Below are positions 58,230-64,000 of a stretch of 64,000 bases of DNA, one piece after another. The stretch comes from Candidatus Poribacteria bacterium (GTDB lineage: Bacteria; Poribacteria; WGA-4E; PCPOR2b). The position numbers and the translations under genes are program-made. The stretch is from positions 2,080,001-2,144,000 of the forward strand of contig OZ242351.1 in the NCBI GenBank assembly GCA_965208675.1, in the 5' to 3' direction. The notes beneath the pieces were generated by a model. It saw only the letters and a list, made by a program, of their open reading frames with translations, did no database searches and was not told where the DNA came from. Each line of letters begins with the position of its first letter. The stretch's first letter is position 1.

Positions 58230-59192
58230 ATGACCATTGCCAACGGATTTGATAGTATATTATTGATTGCATTTGGCGGTCCAACACCCGGATGCTGCAA
58301 AAAATATGACGCCTGCCCAGGAGAAGCGCACTGTTTCGTTGAGGGAATTGTCGGGACATCTGAGTCGCAGGCCGATCGGCTCAGAGAGGTTGCCAGCCAC
58401 TACACGGCGCTCGGCGGTTTTTCTCCTTTTAACGAGCTAACGTTCAAACAGGCTCGCGCACTTGAAACGACTCTACAAAATGGCGGTATTGATATTCCCG
58501 TTTACGCCGGGTTTCGGCACTGGACGCCGTACATTCGCGAAGTCATAGCGGCGATGGAAGAGAAGAAGCATAGTAGTATTCTTGGCATCATCATGGCGCC
58601 CCACCAGTCCAAAGTAAGCTGGGATTGGTATCAGCAGACAGTTAGAGAAGCGATTGATGCGATAGATGCGCAGTTAACAATCAGTTATTTAGATCCCTGG
58701 TATACGAATCCAGGCTACATTCAAGCTATTACAAACGAAATTAAAGTTGCCTGTCAACACCTGTCGAAGGACGGCTTCGATAACGCGTCTTTGATTTTTA
58801 CGGCACATGCTGTGCCGCAATCTGTGGCGAAAGCCTCGCCATATATCCAGCAGTTCGCGGAAACTGCGAGGGTTGCAGCTACCCTCATTGGCAAGAAGGA
58901 CTACAATCTGGCATATCAGAGCCAAGCCGAAAATGCGAAGATTCCTTGGACGCAGCCCGATATCAATGACCTGATTCGCGAAAAAAAACAGGCAGGCGTT
59001 AGTGACGTTATTGTGTCTCCGATTGGGTTCTTGTGCGATCACGTCGAGGTACTCTACGACCTAGACATAGAAGCCAGAACGACTGCCGAGGAATGTGGAA
59101 TGCGGTTTATCCGCGCCAAGACAGTCGGCGATCATCCCGAATTTATCAGTATGCTCGCGGAACTTGTACGCGAACGATGCAGCACGGTTTAA
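58230..59192 (+). CDS. hemH: Ferrochelatase (HemH/CpfC family)
   Basis: LLIAFGGP, HY...GG.SP, GFRHW.PYI, FTAH, YQS...PW..PDI, PIGFLCDHVEVLYDLD.E. Confidence 0.92.
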   Translation: MTIANGFDSILLIAFGGPTPGCCKKYDACPGEAHCFVEGIVGTSESQADRLREVASHYTALGGFSPFNELTFKQARALETTLQNGGIDIPVYAGFRHWTPYIREVIAAMEEKKHSSILGIIMAPHQSKVSWDWYQQTVREAIDAIDAQLTISYLDPWYTNPGYIQAITNEIKVACQHLSKDGFDNASLIFTAHAVPQSVAKASPYIQQFAETARVAATLIGKKDYNLAYQSQAENAKIPWTQPDINDLIREKKQAGVSDVIVSPIGFLCDHVEVLYDLDIEARTTAEECGMRFIRAKTVGDHPEFISMLAELVRERCSTV

Positions 59193-59214
59193 CGACAAAC
59201 ACGGAGGTAATAAA

Positions 59215-60444
59215 ATGAGCGAAAGGCGCAAACCTTATGTCTTTGTAACACTCGAGGGGCCAGATGACGGCGGCGATTTTGGCCCGAACACACCGGGCAC
59301 CAAAACGAGCGGCCTTCAAGAGGCGATAAACTACGCGCATGAAAACTGTAGAGATGTATATATCTACGGCGGCCGAGGCGGCATGCATAAAGGAGAGGGC
59401 ATCAACCTTAACGTTTATACGCTTGAGGAAACGTTGAAAATTCCTTGGAGCCAGGATTTCCGATTGGATGGCGGTAATTACTTGCTATCATATCCAAAAA
59501 GCACCGGCGATGCTATACAAATCGACAGCCAAATGAACTGCAGATACAAGTTTGGCCTCATTGCCAGCGCCACCGAAGACGCGGCGGTGCGTTTTAAACC
59601 GGAAACCCCGGGACCTGATGATTTTGTTGTAATCACCGCCAGCGTATTTGATTTTTCAGCAGCATGCTCGCGCGGCACGGGTATTTTGATCGACACGTCC
59701 GAGGGACCGATTATCAATAGCAAAATTTTCGCCGAAGAAACAAACACCTTTAAAAACGGGGTCTATATACGCGATGACGGTACGGGGAAAGGGGCTTTTA
59801 GCAATAATTGGTTACAAGTAATGTTTACGAACCAATGCCACGCTACCGAAGACGCCATTGGATTCCGCATAGGGGACCCCGGATCTAGCAAAATTGCCCA
59901 TAACCGTTTTTTTTCGTCTCTACATGCGCCCACGGGTGTGTATTTTGATGAAGAGACAAAAAGGTTTACGACCCCGGAAGTATTTGAACCGTCACCGGGT
60001 GCGATTGGGGCGGATATTTTCGCCCAAAATAACCGCTTCGAATTTGCGTTCCATGGTAGTAGAGCGCCGGGAAATGACGTTGTGTTTGAAGAGGAGGCGA
60101 GAAACAACACGGTTTCTGTTTGGAATCTGCCGCACGGCATTACAAATAAGGCTAAGATTCCGACTAATCGAATCATACAGAATGAGCCTGTCGGTTTTAA
60201 CGTTTCCACGCCTGCGATTCCGGCTTCAGGAACGTACCTCGTAAACACTTCCGCTTATCTCGTGGAGGTATTCATTCTATCGCCGGGCCAAGTTGTAGAT
60301 TGGACAATTGTAGACGGCGTTGGTAACGCGCAAACACTGTCAGCCGGGCTTTTCGCCGGTCAAACATTTCTCCTAGAGCCGGGCGACAAAGTCAAGTTCA
60401 ACTATACCGACGCCCCAACTTGGCGCTGGAGAGCGTTCAGGTAA
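59215..60444 (+). CDS. Hypothetical protein, probable beta-helix with a small C-terminal beta domain
   Basis: GGAGG RBS then ATG at 59215. DFGPNTPGTKTSGLQEAINYA, C-terminal STPAIPASG...LEPGD...Y..APTW.W. Confidence 0.65.
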   Translation: MSERRKPYVFVTLEGPDDGGDFGPNTPGTKTSGLQEAINYAHENCRDVYIYGGRGGMHKGEGINLNVYTLEETLKIPWSQDFRLDGGNYLLSYPKSTGDAIQIDSQMNCRYKFGLIASATEDAAVRFKPETPGPDDFVVITASVFDFSAACSRGTGILIDTSEGPIINSKIFAEETNTFKNGVYIRDDGTGKGAFSNNWLQVMFTNQCHATEDAIGFRIGDPGSSKIAHNRFFSSLHAPTGVYFDEETKRFTTPEVFEPSPGAIGADIFAQNNRFEFAFHGSRAPGNDVVFEEEARNNTVSVWNLPHGITNKAKIPTNRIIQNEPVGFNVSTPAIPASGTYLVNTSAYLVEVFILSPGQVVDWTIVDGVGNAQTLSAGLFAGQTFLLEPGDKVKFNYTDAPTWRWRAFR

Positions 60445-60486
60445 AGATTAAGAATACCGGCAGTGTTACGCTGAGAGGAAAGCGGC

Positions 60487-61272
60487 ATGACCAGGGTCAA
60501 GCAATCTGCGGCGGCATGGTGTTTTGTTCGAAACGGCGTTACCCCGGAGCAGTTTATCCAAGGCGCGGCCGAGATTGGCCTGTCAGCGGTTGAGATGATT
60601 GATCAAAAATACTGGCCGTTGGCGAAATCGCTCGGACTTCGGATTGCGATTATCTACCGTTCAGGGTTCCGATCGGGTCAACCGGTGCACTCAATCGGGC
60701 TAAACAGGCGCGAAAACCACGGTTGGTTAGGTCAAGAGCTTATCGAATACATAAAACTCGCGGCTGAAAACGACGTTCTAGGCGTAATCTGTTTCGCCGG
60801 AAACCGGTACGACGACATCTCCGATGAAGAAGGAATCGATATTACGGCGGAAGGATTGCGCCGGATTATTGGGGTTGCAGAGGAGAAAGGGGTGAATCTC
60901 TGCCTGGAACTGCTCAATAGCAAGATTGATTGCCCCGGATACCAGTGCGACCGTGTCAAATGGGGTGCATCGGTTTGTGAGCGCGTGAACTCGCCGCGGA
61001 TGAAACTTCTCTTTGACATCTACCATATGCAGATTATGGAGGGAGATCTCATCCGAAATATTAAGGAGAACATCCAGCATATCGGGCACTTCCACATCGC
61101 AGGGAACCCTGGGCGGCGGGATACGGACGAGACACAAGAGATTAACTGCCGGGCTGTGATACAAGCTATCGCTGAGACCGGCTACGACCTATATGTTAGC
61201 CACGAATTCATCCCCAAGGACGATCCGATTCAAGGGTTGAGAGCGGCGTTTAACCGGTGCGATTTGGGTTAG
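60487..61272 (+). CDS. Hydroxypyruvate isomerase-like TIM barrel protein
   Basis: LELLNSK.D.PGYQCD, KLLFDIYHMQIMEGD, GHFH.AGNPGR, QEIN, HEFIP. Confidence 0.85.
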   Translation: MTRVKQSAAAWCFVRNGVTPEQFIQGAAEIGLSAVEMIDQKYWPLAKSLGLRIAIIYRSGFRSGQPVHSIGLNRRENHGWLGQELIEYIKLAAENDVLGVICFAGNRYDDISDEEGIDITAEGLRRIIGVAEEKGVNLCLELLNSKIDCPGYQCDRVKWGASVCERVNSPRMKLLFDIYHMQIMEGDLIRNIKENIQHIGHFHIAGNPGRRDTDETQEINCRAVIQAIAETGYDLYVSHEFIPKDDPIQGLRAAFNRCDLG

Positions 61273-61309
61273 GTTTTAAGCCGATGAGAAGCGGTTACGG
61301 AGAGACACA

Positions 61310-62755
61310 ATGGCAGTGAAGCGCGGCGACGCGCGTCGTGTTGTCGTCATCGGCGGCGGCATCACAGGACTGGCGGCTTGTTACCGTTTGATAACTGAAT
61401 CCCATAAGCGCGGTGTTCCACTTGATGTTAAACTGTTGGAAGCGAGTGAGCGGCTGGGAGGCGTAATTCGCACCTCAAAGCAAGACGGTTATATCATCGA
61501 ACACGGTCCCGATGCCTTTATCTCCACAAAGCCGTGGGCGAAAGCATTGTGCGAGGAGCTTGGGATTGGGGATAGACTCATCGGCACAAACCCGAAGCAG
61601 AGACGCAGCTATATCCTTCACAAAGGCGCGCTGCATCCCGTTCCTGAAGGCTTTTATTTGATGGCACCAGCGTCATTTCTACCATTTGTGAAGTCGCCAA
61701 TTTTCACTTGGCGAGGGAAGTTGCGAATGGCGCTGGATCTCTGCATTCCCCGCCATCGACACGGCGAAGAGGAATCGGTGGAACACTTCGTTAAGCGCCG
61801 GTTGGGGACCGAGGCGTTCACTCGGATGGCACAACCGATGATCGGCGGGGTCTACACAGGGGATGCAAAACATCTGAGTCTGAAAGCGACGCTGCCGCAA
61901 TTTCTTGAAATGGAGCAAGCGCACGGAAGCATCATCAAAGCGTTGATTCGGCGGAAGAAACAATCCAAGGCGGAAATCACCGGCACGAGCGGTCCGCGTT
62001 ACAGCTTGTTCCTTACGCTTGAACCGGGAATGCAGACGCTCGTTGACGCCCTCGTTGAGCGCTTGCCGCCCGATTCTATACAGCTAGGCGCGGAAGCCTG
62101 TCGGATTGAACAGCCTGCTAACCGGGAAGGTTGGCGTGTTCACCTCAATAATCAAGAGACCATTAAAACCGATATCGTCTGTCTTGCGCTCCCCGCCACA
62201 CGAGCTGCGTCATTTATCAAGACAGTTGCCCCCGATCTTTCGGTACTTCTTGCGTCCATTCCATACGCATCCTCCGCTGCAGTGAATTTGGCGTTTCATC
62301 GAAAGCAGATTGACCATCCCCTAAATGGTACAGGTTTTGTTGTTCCGGCTACGGAAGGGCGTTCGATATTGGGGTGTACATTCAGCAGCGTCAAGTTTGC
62401 AGGACGCGCCCCTACAGATAAAGTGTTATTGAGAGCATTTGTAGGAGGCGCATTACAACCGAACCATCTTCTTCAATCAGATTCCGATATGGTTGAATCT
62501 GTGCTAAAGGATTTGCGTGAAACCCTCGGAATTCACGGAGAACCGACGCTGTCCATCGTGAGCCATCACAGGAACGCTATGGCGCAGTATCATGCGGGGC
62601 ATCTTGACAAAGCGGCAACGATTAAAGTGCAAGCGGGAAAACTCCCGGGACTTGCATTTGCGGGTAACGCTTACCACGGTATCGGTATTCCCGATTGCAT
62701 TCACAGCGGAGAGCAAGCAGCGTATACTCTATTGGAATACCTTGAAACCGTGTAA
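61310..62755 (+). CDS. hemY: FAD-dependent protoporphyrinogen/coproporphyrinogen oxidase (HemY family)
   Basis: VVIGGGITGLA, EAS.RLGG.I, EHGPDAF, GGVY.GD...LS....P, G.GFVVP..E, GIGIPDCI. Confidence 0.92.
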   Translation: MAVKRGDARRVVVIGGGITGLAACYRLITESHKRGVPLDVKLLEASERLGGVIRTSKQDGYIIEHGPDAFISTKPWAKALCEELGIGDRLIGTNPKQRRSYILHKGALHPVPEGFYLMAPASFLPFVKSPIFTWRGKLRMALDLCIPRHRHGEEESVEHFVKRRLGTEAFTRMAQPMIGGVYTGDAKHLSLKATLPQFLEMEQAHGSIIKALIRRKKQSKAEITGTSGPRYSLFLTLEPGMQTLVDALVERLPPDSIQLGAEACRIEQPANREGWRVHLNNQETIKTDIVCLALPATRAASFIKTVAPDLSVLLASIPYASSAAVNLAFHRKQIDHPLNGTGFVVPATEGRSILGCTFSSVKFAGRAPTDKVLLRAFVGGALQPNHLLQSDSDMVESVLKDLRETLGIHGEPTLSIVSHHRNAMAQYHAGHLDKAATIKVQAGKLPGLAFAGNAYHGIGIPDCIHSGEQAAYTLLEYLETV

Positions 62756-62837
62756 ACGCTCGTCTCACGGCGCTGCAACGATTCAAACGTGGGCACGTTA
62801 AGTTTAGCAAGCTACGGGGCTGAGGAAATCGGGGTAA

Positions 62838-63938
62838 ATGGGAGACCTGGAAAGATTTATACCGTGTTTTGCTTTTTGCAATTCGAGAATACCGCATTTC
62901 GCATTGCTTGTTACATTGATTAACTTAATAATCTTGATATGTGTCTGTCCGATTTCCGTTGTGCACACGCAACAGTCGATCGAGATTGAGGCGGGGGAGA
63001 ATCAAAATCTCGGCAGCACCTATTTGGGGTACGATGATATTTATGACGAATTTAGGCGAGGCAGATGCAGGAATTGTCACCCGGCAATCTGGCGGGAGTG
63101 GGAGAAATCGCGGCATGCACAGGCATGGAAAAATCCAATTTATCAAAAAGCTGCGAGTGAAATCCCTGATCGGGAAGAGAGTTGCGATCCATGTCATGCA
63201 CCGCAGCCGATTCTAATCACCGGCATCGGAAAGATGCCGAAATTGCGAGAGGCAGATCGAGACTCTGGCGTATCCTGCATGGTGTGCCATGTCGATTCGA
63301 ATGGCGGGATGCACGGTCCGCCCGCAAGCATTGACGCAGTTGTACATGCGAACATTACCGACGAGTTTCATCAGACACCTATTGAACTTTGCGGCACATG
63401 CCACGGTCAGCCCGGCGTTCCCGAATACAATCAATTGGCTAGCTTCAAGCATAGTCCTGCCGCAAAAGCAGGAAAACACTGTGCGACCTGCCACATGCCC
63501 GCCATTAAACGGTTACAGAGCCTTCGGAGCAACGAGCCGATTCTGGGCGGACGTCACATTTGGATTGCGAGCCGCAGTGTTGACATGCTACAAAGCGCGG
63601 CGGACCTGAAAATTTCGCTCTCCGAGAATAAGGCGGTGATTCGCATTTCCAACAAGTCCGGGCATGCACTTCCCGGCGGGGGGTTGCGCATCGTCGTTCT
63701 TGATGTGAAAATCTACGATAATAGCGGTTCGGTTATTGGGCATGAACAGCGTTCCATTTCCGCTAAGTCAGGGGAAGGCGGCGATGACAACCGCATCCAG
63801 CCGGGTGTGACTCGGCAATTCAGCTATGGATTTGGCAATGGAGCAAAGATTGAGGCGAAGTTGCGTTATAGACTGCTACCGACAACGCCGGAATCAGAAT
63901 GGATTACGATGGCGGAGGCTCGTCAGATTGTGCAATGA
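62838..63938 (+). CDS. Multiheme c-type cytochrome (5 CxxCH, cytochrome c554-like); start uncertain
   Basis: CRNCH, CDPCH, CMVCH, CGTCH, CATCH. W..S.HA motif and an N-terminal hydrophobic segment. Confidence 0.85.
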   Translation: MGDLERFIPCFAFCNSRIPHFALLVTLINLIILICVCPISVVHTQQSIEIEAGENQNLGSTYLGYDDIYDEFRRGRCRNCHPAIWREWEKSRHAQAWKNPIYQKAASEIPDREESCDPCHAPQPILITGIGKMPKLREADRDSGVSCMVCHVDSNGGMHGPPASIDAVVHANITDEFHQTPIELCGTCHGQPGVPEYNQLASFKHSPAAKAGKHCATCHMPAIKRLQSLRSNEPILGGRHIWIASRSVDMLQSAADLKISLSENKAVIRISNKSGHALPGGGLRIVVLDVKIYDNSGSVIGHEQRSISAKSGEGGDDNRIQPGVTRQFSYGFGNGAKIEAKLRYRLLPTTPESEWITMAEARQIVQ

Positions 63939-64000
63939 ACTAGCGGCTGCCGTATGACTACATTCAGGTCATTCATTATCAGGACAGAATGACCGAAACG

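Noticed and set aside
59095-59214. N-terminal extension of ORF 59095..60444
   Set aside because: Overlaps hemH. The GGAGG RBS supports ATG 59215.

Overview
Bacterial chromosomal window. Its gene content (many PhyH-type dioxygenases, LamG proteins ending in AVxPxGKxAxxWGxIK, an NHL protein, a DUF6785-like membrane protein) suggests a Candidatus Poribacteria-like sponge symbiont; this is inference. Left to right it contains: a 5'-truncated giant Ig-repeat surface protein with a T9SS/FlgD-like C-terminal domain; NHL, PhyH, GH95, tricorn protease, AKR, TIM-barrel and GldA-like genes; five LamG paralogs; an accessory block at ~32.5-42.2 kb; VOC genes; gpsA-nucleotidyltransferase-HAD; a class III aminotransferase; selA-selB-tRNA-Sec; and a hemE-hemH-hemY cluster with inserted genes and a pentaheme cytochrome. 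The accessory block holds two 22-aa-repeat proteins, an AT-rich control region, an orphan terminase pair with no other phage genes, a single-chain restriction-modification enzyme and a DUF2806-like gene. Intergenic regions are rich in REP/REPIN/MITE-like repeats. Best candidates for new biology: (1) the stand-alone TerS/TerL module with its promoter-short RNA-terminator unit and repeat array; (2) a probable C-terminal sorting signal on LamG proteins that is mutually exclusive with a lipobox; (3) a ferrochelatase with an N-terminal four-Cys insertion and an MBL-TPR gene coupled to hemE. All calls come from reading motifs by eye; no searches were run.
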